Positions 11,136 to 22,067 of a stretch of 64,000 nt of DNA are shown one piece after another. How positions within the stretch are numbered: position 1 is the stretch's first letter; the number at the start of each line of letters is the position of its first letter. The notes under the pieces are model-generated. The model did not search any database. It worked only from the letters and a program-made list of their open reading frames with translations, and was not told the DNA's origin. The stretch is from Leptolyngbyaceae cyanobacterium. GTDB lineage: Bacteria > Cyanobacteriota > Cyanobacteriia > Phormidesmidales > Phormidesmidaceae. Where the stretch lies: positions 992,001 to 1,056,000 of the forward strand of contig CBDHHL010000056.1 in the NCBI GenBank assembly GCA_965263355.1, read 5' to 3'. The position numbers and the translations under genes were made by a program.

Positions 11136-12371
11136 ATGACACCGACACTTATCCTCAGAAACTGCACCTTGGCCAATGGCCCAGCCGACATCGCCATTGA
11201 AGCCTCAACCATTATCGCCATTGAACCCAATCTACAGCTGACCGCCCCCACCGAAATCGACTGCACTGACAAACTCGTCAGTCCCCCCTTTGTCGAATCC
11301 CACATTCATCTAGATTCAGCCCTCACCGCCGGACAGCCCCGCCACAACCAAAGCGGCACCCTGTTTGAAGGCATTGAAATTTGGCGCGATCGCAAACGCA
11401 CCCTCACCCTTGACGACATCAAACATCGTGCCACCAACGCCCTCAAACTCATGGCCAGCCAGGGCACCCTCTTCGTCCGTAGCCACGCCGATGTCAGCGA
11501 AGCCAGCCTCACCACCTTACAAGGCCTACTCGCCGTCCGCGACACCGTCAAAGACTGGATTACCGTGCAAGTCGTCGCCTTTCCCCAAGACGGCATCTAT
11601 GGCAGCCCTAAAAACGATGACCTGATGGAAGAAGCGATCAAACAAGGAGCCGATGCCGTCGGTGGCATTCCCCACTACGAACTTACCCGCGAAGACGGCG
11701 TCCGTTCTATCCATCGCATCTTTGAGCTGGCCCAAAAATATAACCGCCTGATCGACATCCACTGCGACGAAATCGACGACGACCACTCCCGCTTTCTCGA
11801 AGTCGTCTCCGCCTGCGCCCTACGCACTGGCCTCAAAGACCAGGTTACCGCCAGCCACACAACCGCCTTTGGCTCCTACAACGACGCCTATGCCCTCAAA
11901 CTTATGGGCTTTCTCAAACGCTCGGACATTAACTTTATCACCAACCCCCTGATTAACATTACCCTCCAGGGCCGCACCGACACCTACCCCAAACGTCGTG
12001 GTCTTACCCGCGTTAAAGAACTGTGGCAGGCCGGCCTCAACGTTAGTCTCGGCAACGACTGCATTCAAGACCCCTGGTACGGCCTCGGCACCGGCAATAT
12101 GCTAGATGTTGTCTCCATGGTTGTACATGCGGCTCAAATGACTGGCCTTAAAGAAATTGATGCCTGTTACGATATGGCAACAACCCATGGAGCCCGCACA
12201 TTAAATTTACAAGATTCCTATGGGCTAGAGGTAGGTAAACCCGCCAACCTAATTGTGTTGGACTGCCCCAGTAAGTATGAAGCCGTTCGTTGTCGTCCTG
12301 TTGTCAGCCACGTCATTTCTCGCGGACAGATTTTAGTAGAGACAACGACACCTGAGGTGAAATGGCGATGA
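11136..12371 (+). CDS. codA: cytosine deaminase
   Basis: FVESHIHLD, DIHCDE, ASHT and GNDCIQDPWY amidohydrolase motifs. Confidence 0.92.
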   Translation: MTPTLILRNCTLANGPADIAIEASTIIAIEPNLQLTAPTEIDCTDKLVSPPFVESHIHLDSALTAGQPRHNQSGTLFEGIEIWRDRKRTLTLDDIKHRATNALKLMASQGTLFVRSHADVSEASLTTLQGLLAVRDTVKDWITVQVVAFPQDGIYGSPKNDDLMEEAIKQGADAVGGIPHYELTREDGVRSIHRIFELAQKYNRLIDIHCDEIDDDHSRFLEVVSACALRTGLKDQVTASHTTAFGSYNDAYALKLMGFLKRSDINFITNPLINITLQGRTDTYPKRRGLTRVKELWQAGLNVSLGNDCIQDPWYGLGTGNMLDVVSMVVHAAQMTGLKEIDACYDMATTHGARTLNLQDSYGLEVGKPANLIVLDCPSKYEAVRCRPVVSHVISRGQILVETTTPEVKWR

Positions 12372-12385
12372 GCCATGGGATGACG

Positions 12386-12413
12386 GTAGAGAGGTTGCAT
12401 GCAACGCCTCTAC
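12386..12413. repeat. GTAG-type REP-like palindrome
   Basis: GTAGAGAGGTTGCATGCAACGCCTCTAC, an imperfect palindrome just after codA. Confidence 0.6.
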
Positions 12414-12456
12414 CAGCGTTTATCATGGAAATACCTCATTCTGTGGAGCCGGGTCG

Positions 12457-13017
12457 ATGACAGCAGTCAATAAAGTTCGCTGGACGGTAGATGACCTAGA
12501 AAGTCTTCCTGAAAGTAGCGATCGCTTCGAAATCATTAACGGAGATTTACATGTGACCAGAGCCCCCCATTGGAAGCATCAGGACGTAGCCGGTGCCATT
12601 TATGCAGAACTTAGGACATGGTCTCAGCAGTCACAATTGGGAAAACCGGTATTTACTCCGGGGATAATTTTTTCGCCTTCTGACGCGGTGATTCCTGACG
12701 TTGTATGGGCTAGCAATGAACGGATTGGCACCTTAATAGATGAGGCCGGACATTTCACAGGGGCTCCTGAGCTAATCATTGAGGTGTTATCAAAGTCCCA
12801 GACAGATAAAGATCGTGACAGAAAATACAAGCTCAAACTTTATTCTGTTGAAGGGGTGGGTGAATATTGGATCGTTGATCGCGAGCAAGAATTGATTGAG
12901 ATTTTTCGTCGTGATAACGGTGTTTTAGTTAAAGCAATTACCCTTTACACCAAAGATATCTTGACTAGCCCCTTACTGCCTGACTTTAGCTGCTCAGTGG
13001 CTTCTTTGTTTGCTTAA
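12457..13017 (+). CDS. Uma2 family endonuclease
   Basis: IPDVVW, GAPELIIEVLS and YSVEGVGEYWIVD motifs. Confidence 0.92.
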   Translation: MTAVNKVRWTVDDLESLPESSDRFEIINGDLHVTRAPHWKHQDVAGAIYAELRTWSQQSQLGKPVFTPGIIFSPSDAVIPDVVWASNERIGTLIDEAGHFTGAPELIIEVLSKSQTDKDRDRKYKLKLYSVEGVGEYWIVDREQELIEIFRRDNGVLVKAITLYTKDILTSPLLPDFSCSVASLFA

Positions 13018-13179
13018 AGCCCTCGCCCCACTTTCTATTCCCTACTGCCTCTTTTGCCACACTGATCACCACATAATTAAGCCCTATGACGTACCATAAA
13101 GAAATGTTTACCCCATACTAGTACTGATTTATCAGTCTAGCTATGATCTAGCTGCCTGCGCTGTAACTCATTCGTCCCC

Positions 13180-16100
13180 ATGCCCCAGTCAAAGACCTCT
13201 AAAACGGCCAAGACACGCAATGGCAAAACTGCTAATGGCAAAGCGTCCAACGGTCAGATGACCACCAATGGGAAAACAGCAAAGGCTAAACTCACCAATC
13301 TATCCGATGACCTGATCCGCATTCGCGGTGCCCGTCAGCACAACCTGAAAAACATCGATCTGGACTTACCCCGCAACCAGATGATTGTGTTCACAGGGGT
13401 GTCCGGTTCGGGTAAGTCCTCCCTCGCCTTCGATACAATTTTTGCTGAGGGCCAGCGTCGCTACGTCGAATCCTTGAGTGCCTATGCCCGACAGTTTCTA
13501 GGCCAGGTGGATAAGCCCGAAGTGGATTCCATTGAAGGGCTAAGTCCAGCTATTTCCATTGATCAGAAGTCCACCTCCCATAACCCTCGATCCACGGTGG
13601 GAACGGTGACTGAAATCTATGACTATTTGCGATTGCTGTATGGTCGGGCCGGACAGCCCCATTGTCCCCATTGCGATCGCTCCATTGCCCCCCAGGCCAT
13701 TGACCAAATGCTAGACCAGGTGATGGCTTTGCCCGACCGCACCCGGTTTCAGATTCTGGCCCCAGTGGTGCGGGGGAAGAAAGGCACCCATGCCAAGTTG
13801 CTGTCGGGCTTAGCCGCCGAAGGCTTTGTGCGGGTGCGGGTGGATGGTGAAATCCGTGAACTTAGTGACAATATTGAGCTAGCCAAAAATAAGACCCACG
13901 ACATTGAAGTGGTGGTGGACCGTCTGGTCAAGAAGGACGACATCCAGGAACGTCTGGCGGACTCATTAGCCACCTGTCTAAAGCGGGCTGAGGGGATTGC
14001 GATTATAGATATCCTCGAGGAGCGTAAAAAGGCGGATGTGGTCCCCCTAGAGTCAAAGCGCAAGGAAAAAGCTGACGTGCCTATGGCGGCAGAATCTGAG
14101 GGAGCATATGGTTCTGAACTGCCATCAGAACTGGTCTTTTCAGAGAACTTTGCCTGTCCAGAACATGGGGCGGTGATGGATGAACTATCACCCCGTTTGT
14201 TTTCGTTTAACTCACCCTATGGGGCCTGTCCTGACTGCCATGGATTAGGAAGCCATCGGCGGTTTGCGGCAGATTTGGTAGTGCCGGATCCGAGTTTGCC
14301 AGTGTATGCTGCGATCGCACCCTGGTCCGATAAAGACAACACCTACTATTTCTCTCTTCTCTACAGCGTTGGTCAGGCCTATGGGTTTGAGATCCAAGCC
14401 ACCTGGTCTAGTCTGACCGATAAACAGCGCGACATTATTCTCAACGGCTCGCCCGACAAAATTTATATCGAGACCGACTCTCGCTACGGCAATGGTAAAA
14501 AAGGCTATGAACGCAAATACGAGGGTGTCCTACCCATTTTGGATCGACAGTATCGCGAGAGCACGTCTGATCTGTACAAACAAAAGTTAGAAAAATATCT
14601 GATCGATCAAGTTTGTGAAACCTGTAATGGAGCCCGATTACGGCCTGAATCCCTGGCAGTCAGAATGGGACCCTATAACATTCTAGACTTTACTAGCGTT
14701 TCCATTCGTGATTGTCTGTACAACATTGAAGATCTCATGGGTGAGAATGGAGAAGACTCTGTTCTTAGCAAGAAACAGCTTGCCATTGGTGAGTTGGTGC
14801 TCAAAGAAATCAAGGCCCGTCTGACATTTTTGCTGGATGTGGGGTTAGACTACCTCACCCTAGATCGGACTGCCATGACGTTGTCCGGGGGAGAGGCACA
14901 ACGGATCCGCCTTGCGACTCAGATTGGCGCAGGTTTAACCGGCGTTCTATATGTGCTTGACGAACCAAGTATCGGTCTACATCAGCGTGATAACGAACGC
15001 TTACTAAAAACCCTCAATCGTCTGCGTAATTTAGGGAATACCCTAATTGTAGTAGAACATGACGAAGACACCATTCGAGCCGCTGACTACATCGTAGATA
15101 TTGGCCCTAGGGCTGGTGTTCACGGCGGCAATATTGTTGTCCAGGGTGATATGAAGGCTCTGTTGAAGAGTAAAGACTCTCTTACCGGTGCATATCTATC
15201 CGGTCGAGAGAGGATTGACACACCCGCTGAGCGTCGACCTGGCAACAAGAGCAAACTACAAATTCGGAATGCCCATCGTAACAACTTAGAGCATATTGAT
15301 GTTGATATTCCCCTGGGTAAGTTTGTCTGCATCACAGGGGTGTCTGGCTCTGGTAAATCGACTCTGGTTAACGAGTTGCTGTATCCGGCACTGCAGCATC
15401 ACTTTGGTAGTAAAGTACCTGACCCCAATCAGATGGAACCCATCAAGGGGCTGAAAGCCTTAGATAAAGTTATCGTGATTGACCAGTCTCCCATTGGTCG
15501 GACACCCCGCTCAAATCCGGCTACCTACACAGGGGTGTTCGATGTTATTCGCGATTTGTTTTCTGAAACAATTGAGGCAAAGGCCCGAGGCTATAAACGG
15601 GGACAGTTCTCATTTAACGTTAAAGGTGGTCGCTGTGAGGCCTGTGGTGGTCAGGGTGTAAACGTGATTGCCATGAATTTCTTGCCCGATGTGTATGTGC
15701 AATGTGAGGTGTGCAAAGGGGCACGTTACAACCGCGAGACACTACAGGTGAAGTACAAGGGCAAGACAATTTCTGATGTGCTCAATATGACTGCAGAAGA
15801 GGCCCTGGGGTTCTTTGAAAATATCCACAAGGCGGCAAATAAGCTGCAGACCATGGTGGATGTGGGGCTGGGATATATTCGTCTAGGTCAAACGGCTCCC
15901 ACACTGTCCGGTGGTGAAGCCCAACGGATGAAGCTGGCATCTGAATTGGCTCGCCGTTCGACGGGTCAAACCATGTATTTGATCGATGAACCGACGACGG
16001 GACTCTCTTTTTACGATGTGCATAAGCTGTTGGACGTGGTTCAACGCCTAGTAGATAAAGGGAATTCTGTGGTGATGATTGAGCATAACCTGGACGTGAT

Positions 16101-16263
16101 CCGCTGTTGTGATTGGATTATTGATTTAGGACCGGAAGGGGGCGATCGCGGTGGGCAGATTATTGCAGAAGGTACACCGGAGGAGGTGGCCCAGGTAGAA
16201 AATTCTTACACCGGGCATTATTTGAACCATGTGTTGGAACAACATCCCCCAAAAGAAACGTAG
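13180..16263 (+). CDS. uvrA: excinuclease ABC subunit A
   Basis: Two ABC ATPase modules (GVSGSGKS, LSGGEAQR), Zn fingers, IRGARQHNLKNIDL. Confidence 0.98.
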   Translation: MPQSKTSKTAKTRNGKTANGKASNGQMTTNGKTAKAKLTNLSDDLIRIRGARQHNLKNIDLDLPRNQMIVFTGVSGSGKSSLAFDTIFAEGQRRYVESLSAYARQFLGQVDKPEVDSIEGLSPAISIDQKSTSHNPRSTVGTVTEIYDYLRLLYGRAGQPHCPHCDRSIAPQAIDQMLDQVMALPDRTRFQILAPVVRGKKGTHAKLLSGLAAEGFVRVRVDGEIRELSDNIELAKNKTHDIEVVVDRLVKKDDIQERLADSLATCLKRAEGIAIIDILEERKKADVVPLESKRKEKADVPMAAESEGAYGSELPSELVFSENFACPEHGAVMDELSPRLFSFNSPYGACPDCHGLGSHRRFAADLVVPDPSLPVYAAIAPWSDKDNTYYFSLLYSVGQAYGFEIQATWSSLTDKQRDIILNGSPDKIYIETDSRYGNGKKGYERKYEGVLPILDRQYRESTSDLYKQKLEKYLIDQVCETCNGARLRPESLAVRMGPYNILDFTSVSIRDCLYNIEDLMGENGEDSVLSKKQLAIGELVLKEIKARLTFLLDVGLDYLTLDRTAMTLSGGEAQRIRLATQIGAGLTGVLYVLDEPSIGLHQRDNERLLKTLNRLRNLGNTLIVVEHDEDTIRAADYIVDIGPRAGVHGGNIVVQGDMKALLKSKDSLTGAYLSGRERIDTPAERRPGNKSKLQIRNAHRNNLEHIDVDIPLGKFVCITGVSGSGKSTLVNELLYPALQHHFGSKVPDPNQMEPIKGLKALDKVIVIDQSPIGRTPRSNPATYTGVFDVIRDLFSETIEAKARGYKRGQFSFNVKGGRCEACGGQGVNVIAMNFLPDVYVQCEVCKGARYNRETLQVKYKGKTISDVLNMTAEEALGFFENIHKAANKLQTMVDVGLGYIRLGQTAPTLSGGEAQRMKLASELARRSTGQTMYLIDEPTTGLSFYDVHKLLDVVQRLVDKGNSVVMIEHNLDVIRCCDWIIDLGPEGGDRGGQIIAEGTPEEVAQVENSYTGHYLNHVLEQHPPKET

Positions 16264-16297
16264 GTTGGGTTACCCCACGTCCATAATTCTCGCCTTT

Positions 16298-16401
16298 ATG
16301 GAAACCCATAATTAACCCAACATTACCAATCACCCATGACCATAATCAAATGGAAACCCATAATTAACCCAACATTACCAATCACCCATGACCATAATCA
16401 A
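16298..16401. repeat. perfect 52-bp tandem duplication
   Basis: ATGGAAACCCATAATTAACCCAACATTACCAATCACCCATGACCATAATCAA twice (16298-16349 and 16350-16401). Confidence 0.95.
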
Positions 16402-16404
16402 AAC

Positions 16405-16974
16405 CTAAAATCGATTGATTGTTGTTTCAAAGCCAGGGAGAATATCGTCTCCAGTGAGTATTTTCGGTAATGAATAAATGACTTTTGCCTGTTGGGGACG
16501 GTAAATTTCGACTTGCTGGTCCTGTGGATTAAACAACCAGCCTAGACGGACACCACTGACCATATATTCCTGCATTTTGTCTTGTAACGTTTGCAGGTTG
16601 TCGGTGCGGGACCTCAATTCCATCACAAAATCAGGCGCAATTGGAGGAAATTTAGCCCGCTCCTCAGGCGTCAGTGCCTCCCAACGCGACAGTTCTACCC
16701 AGGCGACGTCTGGAGAACGATCTCCACCGCCAGGAAGTTTGAAAACAGTGGATGAGCTAAAGACTTTACCTAACCCAGTCTGACGGTTCCAGATGCCTAA
16801 ATCTAGACCCAGCTCAAATTCGCGATTACCGCTTTCTCCACCGACTGGAGGCATAACAAGCAAAATTCCCTTAGCCGTGCGCTCCAAACGCATCTCTGAA
16901 TTATCTACACAAAGCTGGTAGAACTGCTCATCTGTGAGATGCACCTGACTGATATCCAACGTGATGGGGAGCAT
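16405..16974 (-). CDS. Uma2 family endonuclease
   Basis: RSPDVAWV, PIAPDFVMELRS and GVRLGWL motifs. Confidence 0.92.
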   Translation of the reverse strand: MLPITLDISQVHLTDEQFYQLCVDNSEMRLERTAKGILLVMPPVGGESGNREFELGLDLGIWNRQTGLGKVFSSSTVFKLPGGGDRSPDVAWVELSRWEALTPEERAKFPPIAPDFVMELRSRTDNLQTLQDKMQEYMVSGVRLGWLFNPQDQQVEIYRPQQAKVIYSLPKILTGDDILPGFETTINRF

Positions 16975-17033
16975 CGGGCAAACTCCTAAAGTCGGTGTGC
17001 TTGGAGCGCGTTGGCTTTGATCATAGCTTACAG

Positions 17034-17243
17034 TTAAGCAGCTGACTCAGTAGAGGTTTCGGTATCAGTAGGAATTTGGCCTTCGAGTTCGCCAATGGCA
17101 GCATTGATGGCGGCTAGATGAACCTGCATGCGATCGCGACTTGCCTTGAGCCACTGGAGCCTCATTTTTTGGCAATTGGCATAGAAGGTAGCATAATCGC
17201 TGCATTTACCAGAAGCAGATGGATTGCAGAAGGGAAAAAACAT
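17034..17243 (-). CDS. small hypothetical coiled-coil protein
   Basis: 69 aa ORF with ATG start and an amphipathic helix. Confidence 0.55.
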   Translation of the reverse strand: MFFPFCNPSASGKCSDYATFYANCQKMRLQWLKASRDRMQVHLAAINAAIGELEGQIPTDTETSTESAA

Positions 17244-17502
17244 GGTAGCAGGCTAATGAAACGAGGTACCCCTATAAGCTAACAACTTTCAAAAAAACAT
17301 GCGGCGATATGCTATGTAGAGTACCAAGTTATTGATAACTATTTGACTGGTGCAGGTTCCCAAATACAAACTCAAAGCGTCTGTACTAAGTTTCTTGGAT
17401 GTTAGGTACTATGTATCAGTTCATTGTCATCTTACTAAGTTCTTGATTTTTGACTGTTAATATTTGAGCATTCAGCAGTCATTGGGTGGCAGGCTTAGCA
17501 CT

Positions 17503-18108
17503 ATGTTTAGAGAGCAGTGGCTTAAATTAGGGATAATTAGCCTGGCTGTTTTTAGCATCACAGCTTGTGCAGAAGAAGAAATTCCTGCAATCTTATCGGA
17601 ATCAGTCCCTCAATCGGAATTCAAAGTAACGTTTCCAGAAGCGTTAGCCATTGCAGAAGCAACGGCTGATGGTCAACAAGCCTATAGTATGGAGCGGGAA
17701 ACAGAAAAGGGACAGCCAGTTATTGAAGTTGGTATTGATGGTCAGGAGATTTTTGTTCACGCCGTTACGGGTGAGATTATATCTATTGATAATCTTAGAG
17801 AAACAGACGACCAAGAGGATTTAGAAGAAGCTACAGAATTCTTGGCATTACAGGACCTTGCGACGGTTCCTATTTTGGAAGCACTGCAAGCGGGTGAAGC
17901 ATTTGCTGGAGAACAGGCCCATACAATCGAGCTGGAAAATGAGGATGGGAATCTGGTCTATGAAGTTGTGGTTGGGCGACAGGAAATCTACGTGGATGCT
18001 GGCACCGGACAGGTGCTTTATACAGAAGGCGGCTCTGGTGGTAATGAAACGGAGCAAGCTAGTAGCATTCAGGTTCCAGGTGGCAGTAATGATGACGATG
18101 AAGAATAA
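17503..18108 (+). CDS. PepSY domain lipoprotein (two PepSY repeats)
   Basis: Lipobox-like ITAC; repeated EAL..AE...ELE.E.G..VYEV...EIYVDAGTG pattern; ATG at 17503 preferred over TTG at 17464. Confidence 0.85.
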   Translation: MFREQWLKLGIISLAVFSITACAEEEIPAILSESVPQSEFKVTFPEALAIAEATADGQQAYSMERETEKGQPVIEVGIDGQEIFVHAVTGEIISIDNLRETDDQEDLEEATEFLALQDLATVPILEALQAGEAFAGEQAHTIELENEDGNLVYEVVVGRQEIYVDAGTGQVLYTEGGSGGNETEQASSIQVPGGSNDDDEE

Positions 18109-18371
18109 TAAATTCAGACTAACGATCGATTGAATGTAATTAGACCTCAGCAGAGATGTGGTAACTAATTGCTACTTTTACCCTAAGAAAATACTTTCTT
18201 GCATGGGCCAAACTTTCGGCCCATTTTTGTTGCCAAAAATCTCTCTTCACTTCATACAAATCTTACTAACTTCTTGATTTTCGATCTCTATAACTATCTT
18301 CGAAGAGGTTTCTCAGAAGAAAACCATGGTGTGTACATCACAACAGTTCTTTTGAGTCTCGGACTTACACG

Positions 18372-20318
18372 ATGTCAATTTTTGGAGATAGATCAATGAC
18401 TACGCTTCTTCCTGATTTTAATGATGCTACGTTCGAACCTGGTGCTGTTATTGACAATGAATATTTCCCTCTGAATCCAGGCAATCTTTATGTGTACGAA
18501 GGCCAGGAGGTAGATGAAGACGATGGCGATAACGAACAACGTGTGGTATTGGTGACCAACGAAACAGAGGATATCTTGGGAGTGACCACCAGGGTTGTGC
18601 GTGATAGCGAGTTTGACGATGGACTACTGACAGAAGATAAGTTGGTTTACTATGCTCAAGATGATCTGGGTAATGTCTGGCTGATGGGGGAGTCAGTCAC
18701 TGAATACGAGTATGACGAGAGTGGTAACGTCATCGATACGGACACCAATGATAGCTGGTTAGCGGGTGAGGAGGATAACCTACCTGGATTTATCATGTTG
18801 GCCGATCCTGAGGAGGGAGATGCCTACTATCAGCGATTTCAACTTGGGGAAGAAGAAGAGCAGGCCCTGGTGTTAGATGACGATTCTGAAATTGAGCTTG
18901 ATGGTGAAGAGATTGAGGATGTCCTACGGGTGAAAGAATTTTCTGCTTTAGAACCCGATGAATTTGATATTACTTACTACGCAGAGGACGTGGGTCAGGT
19001 AGCCCAGAAAGAATTTGAAGACGATGGAGAACTTGAGTTTGTATCTGAGCTAGTGGAGACCAAGGATTTAGGGGAGACATTACTACCAGACTTTAGTGCG
19101 GCCACATTTGAACCAGGGGCATTTGGCGATAATCCTTATATTTCGCTGACGCCCGGTTCAGTGCATAGCTATGAGTTAGAAGTGATCGATGAAGAGACCG
19201 GTGAAATTAGTCTGGAAAATAATCAGGTCTTTGTCACCTATGACACTAAAAATATTCTAGGGGTCGATGCCCGTGTGGTGAGAGATCGCGAATATGTCGA
19301 TGGTTTGCTGGTGGAAGATACCTTTGATTGGTATGCCCAGGATACGGATGGTAATGTGTGGTATATGGGTGAAGATTCCACCAGCTTTGAGTATGACGAT
19401 GCGGGGAATTTAATCGAAACTAATACTGACGGTTCCTGGCAAGCGGGTGTTGATGGTGCTTTGCCAGGTATTTTAATGTATGCGCAACCAGAAGTCGGGG
19501 CGAATTACTACCAGGAATTTTTCCTTGGGGAAGCCGAGGATGAGGCCCAGGTAGTAAGTTTAGATGAGTCCATCTCCATTGGGTTAGGCAGCTATGATAA
19601 TGTACTCCAAACCTTTGAATCCACTGCATTAGAGCCTGATGCTCTAGAGTTTAAGTACTATGCACCGGGGGTAGGGCTGCTGCGTATTGAGGCATTGGAT
19701 GAAGAGGGCGAGCCGGAAGAGGTCACAGAGTTCACTGGCATGGAGATGTTTGATCAGTTCTTCTTTGGTGAAGATGGCCGAGATAAGTTTGTTGGGGGTG
19801 ACGGCAATGACTTTATCGATGGTGGCGCTGGCAATGACAAGATTGCGGGTGGTCTAGGTGACGATAAAATCCTGGGTGGTGCTGGTAATGATGTATTGCG
19901 CGGTGATCTAAACCGTCGTAGTCCTCAAAATAATGTTGATGGTGGTGACGACCTGATCGATGGTGGCGCTGGTAATGACCGTATTGGTGGTAAGAGTGGT
20001 GATGACACCCTCTATGGTGGTACTGGCAATGATAGGCTATGGGGCGATGCTGGCGATGATTTGTTATTTGGCGGTGAGGGTAAGGATAAGCTATGGGGTG
20101 GTCTTGGCAGTGACACCTTTGTTCTGAGTGTTGGTGAAGGGCGAGACAAGATTATGGACTTTAAGGTGGGCACAGACCTGATTGGGTTGGGTGAGGACAT
20201 TTCCCTGGGTCAGCTTGAGTTTCAGGGGAATAAGATTCTGTTTGAGGATGAGGTTCTAGCTACGCTCTCTGGAGTGCATACCTGTACTCTTGGGGAGAGT
20301 AGTTTTGTGATGGTGTAA
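18372..20318 (+). CDS. acidic calcium-binding RTX-repeat protein with a duplicated N-terminal domain
   Basis: Two copies of LLPDF..ATFEPGA..DN.Y..L.PG...YAQD..GNVW.MGE; C-terminal GGxGxD nonapeptides. Confidence 0.85.
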   Translation: MSIFGDRSMTTLLPDFNDATFEPGAVIDNEYFPLNPGNLYVYEGQEVDEDDGDNEQRVVLVTNETEDILGVTTRVVRDSEFDDGLLTEDKLVYYAQDDLGNVWLMGESVTEYEYDESGNVIDTDTNDSWLAGEEDNLPGFIMLADPEEGDAYYQRFQLGEEEEQALVLDDDSEIELDGEEIEDVLRVKEFSALEPDEFDITYYAEDVGQVAQKEFEDDGELEFVSELVETKDLGETLLPDFSAATFEPGAFGDNPYISLTPGSVHSYELEVIDEETGEISLENNQVFVTYDTKNILGVDARVVRDREYVDGLLVEDTFDWYAQDTDGNVWYMGEDSTSFEYDDAGNLIETNTDGSWQAGVDGALPGILMYAQPEVGANYYQEFFLGEAEDEAQVVSLDESISIGLGSYDNVLQTFESTALEPDALEFKYYAPGVGLLRIEALDEEGEPEEVTEFTGMEMFDQFFFGEDGRDKFVGGDGNDFIDGGAGNDKIAGGLGDDKILGGAGNDVLRGDLNRRSPQNNVDGGDDLIDGGAGNDRIGGKSGDDTLYGGTGNDRLWGDAGDDLLFGGEGKDKLWGGLGSDTFVLSVGEGRDKIMDFKVGTDLIGLGEDISLGQLEFQGNKILFEDEVLATLSGVHTCTLGESSFVMV

Positions 20319-20327
20319 TCAGTTGCT

Positions 20328-20352
20328 GGGGCTCCTCATCGGAGCCCCTTTG
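20328..20352 (+). terminator. intrinsic terminator
   Basis: GGGGCTCC-TCATC-GGAGCCCC followed by TTTGTT. Confidence 0.7.
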
Positions 20353-20462
20353 TTACAGATTTTGCCTTGAGTTAGTTGGCTTAAATATCTACAAACTAGT
20401 GTTGCCAATGCCGAGTTTTATAGGCTTAAACTGACCTGTGGTGGTGGGTGCGATTATGTATG

Positions 20463-20546
20463 AGTGTACGTCGAAGTTCAACGGCGGCAGTAACTTTAAA
20501 TTTTAACTGACTGCTGATGCTCCGCCGTTGCAACGCAGTGTTAGGC
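20463..20546 (-). mobile_element. attC-like integron cassette recombination site (degenerate R' end)
   Basis: Minus strand GCCTAAC-ACTGCGTTGCAACGGCGG...CCGCCGTTGAACTT; the antitoxin stop codon lies in the RYYYAAC core. Confidence 0.6.
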
Positions 20547-20894
20547 ATCACCGTCCGTTTTTGACGGTGCTTTGGCTGCGTCTTGTATCTTTTGCTGAAG
20601 AAGAGCAACCGTGCCAGAGTCTAGCGCCTTTTCCGGTGGCACTGTTTCTCGTTCAATCAATGCAGTTGCAATCTCAGATGAAGAAGCCTTTCCTAGGTCT
20701 TGTATCAAAGATTGGAATGCTAGTTTTTGTTGTTGAACCTCTTCTTTAGGAACTTCACTAACAGAATAGGTAAGGGTTACCTGTCGTGTTAGAGCATAGA
20801 CAATATATTGATTTAAGGAAACACCTTCACCTTCTGCCAAATTAGTTAATTGTTGGTGTAGTGTTTCTGGTAATCGAAGGGTTAATCGACTCAT
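20541..20894 (-). CDS. HicB-like/ribbon-helix-helix antitoxin
   Basis: MSRLTLRLPETLHQQL...EGVSLNQYIVYAL; overlaps the PIN gene by 4 nt. Confidence 0.85.
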   Translation of the reverse strand: MSRLTLRLPETLHQQLTNLAEGEGVSLNQYIVYALTRQVTLTYSVSEVPKEEVQQQKLAFQSLIQDLGKASSSEIATALIERETVPPEKALDSGTVALLQQKIQDAAKAPSKTDGDA

Positions 20895-21331
20895 GTTTCA
20901 CCTCCATTTCCTGCTAATTTGACGACTAATTCAATTGGAGTCATAACTCGTAAGCCTAACGATACTTCAGCACTTCGGAAGTCACGCAGATTAGATGTAA
21001 TGACGGTTGCTCCTGCATTCATGGCACAGTCCACAACTAAATCATCACCGGGATCTGGTGAAGTGGGTCTCCACGAATAGTAAATTGCTGCAAAATTACA
21101 AAGGTGTAGCAATTTACCTACAACGGGTCGAAGTGTTTGCCAGCGTTTTTCGGAAAGCTTACGGGATAAAACATCGACGTACTCGTAAGCAAGGGCATTA
21201 GAAACATAAACGGTTAACAAACCAGCCAACCATACATCTATGACTAACCCAGCAGCACCGCCCTGCTTGGTTAAGCCCTCGAATACCACGTTTGTATCAA
21301 TCACAACCCGCAAAGATGCATCAATAGCCAT
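20891..21331 (-). CDS. PIN-domain toxin
   Basis: VVIDTNV, DPGDDLVVDCA and VITSNLRDF motifs. Confidence 0.9.
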   Translation of the reverse strand: MAIDASLRVVIDTNVVFEGLTKQGGAAGLVIDVWLAGLLTVYVSNALAYEYVDVLSRKLSEKRWQTLRPVVGKLLHLCNFAAIYYSWRPTSPDPGDDLVVDCAMNAGATVITSNLRDFRSAEVSLGLRVMTPIELVVKLAGNGGET

Positions 21332-21811
21332 GACACTACTATAGCACTGTATCTGGTGTCATGACTTTATGCGAAGCTATTCGATATCAAACCCATTAGC
21401 TGACACCGACCAATACCGAATGGCCAAATTTCGCAGCTGTGCTATAGACTTCAATCCGCATGGGGTGGAGATGCAGTTGACTTAGGACTCCTCTTTACTC
21501 CGAGGGCGAGGTGTTCGTAGTCGATATTTAGACGCTACCGACCCTCATTTGCCCCAAAATGCTCGTATCAGCCATTTCGAGCACCTAAATTAACGAAGCT
21601 TCATCAAGGATTCACTTACATTACCCTTAGCAACCTTGCTCTAGCCTGCACCCTCGATTTGGCTTCAAAGGTGCTTCGACATTTATCCTCGTCTGCTGAT
21701 ACTGCCCTTCCATTACTGGTCGAACATTTCGAGGCGGACATCCACCTGAACACTGGCGGGAAGAGACTTTTGGGAGTCTCTTCAACTCCTCCAAACGACT
21801 TCGAGTCGCAC

Positions 21812-21895
21812 ACCTAGCGTGGAGCTGAGCGGCGGTCAGTATTTTTGCATCGATGCCTGGTCGTAAATTCCGTCCGCTCCTGCGTAGGGTTAGAC
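21812..21895 (-). mobile_element. attC-like site
   Basis: Minus strand GTCTAAC-CCTACGCAGGAGCGGACGG...CCGCCGCTCAGCTCCAC-GCTAGGT, typical attC layout with one mismatch in the R' core. Confidence 0.65.
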
Positions 21896-22067
21896 AGCAG
21901 GCCCGAGGGAATTGTCGATATGCACATCAGTAGTCTCTTGCCTTAAAAACACATAAATATAATGCGTTCTAATAAGCTTATCGGTGGAATCATATGAATT
22001 ACATCGAGTAACGCACCATACGGCCTGCTGGGAGGGATCAGTAGTGGAATAGCGGAATGCATGACAA

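Noticed and set aside
11136..12100. Strong C-rich third-position bias in the 5' part of codA
   Set aside because: Not quantified, and may be ordinary codon or strand bias; the antisense ORFs here are by-products of it.
13115..13140. LexA box upstream of uvrA
   Set aside because: AGTAC is present but the second half-site does not fit the cyanobacterial consensus.
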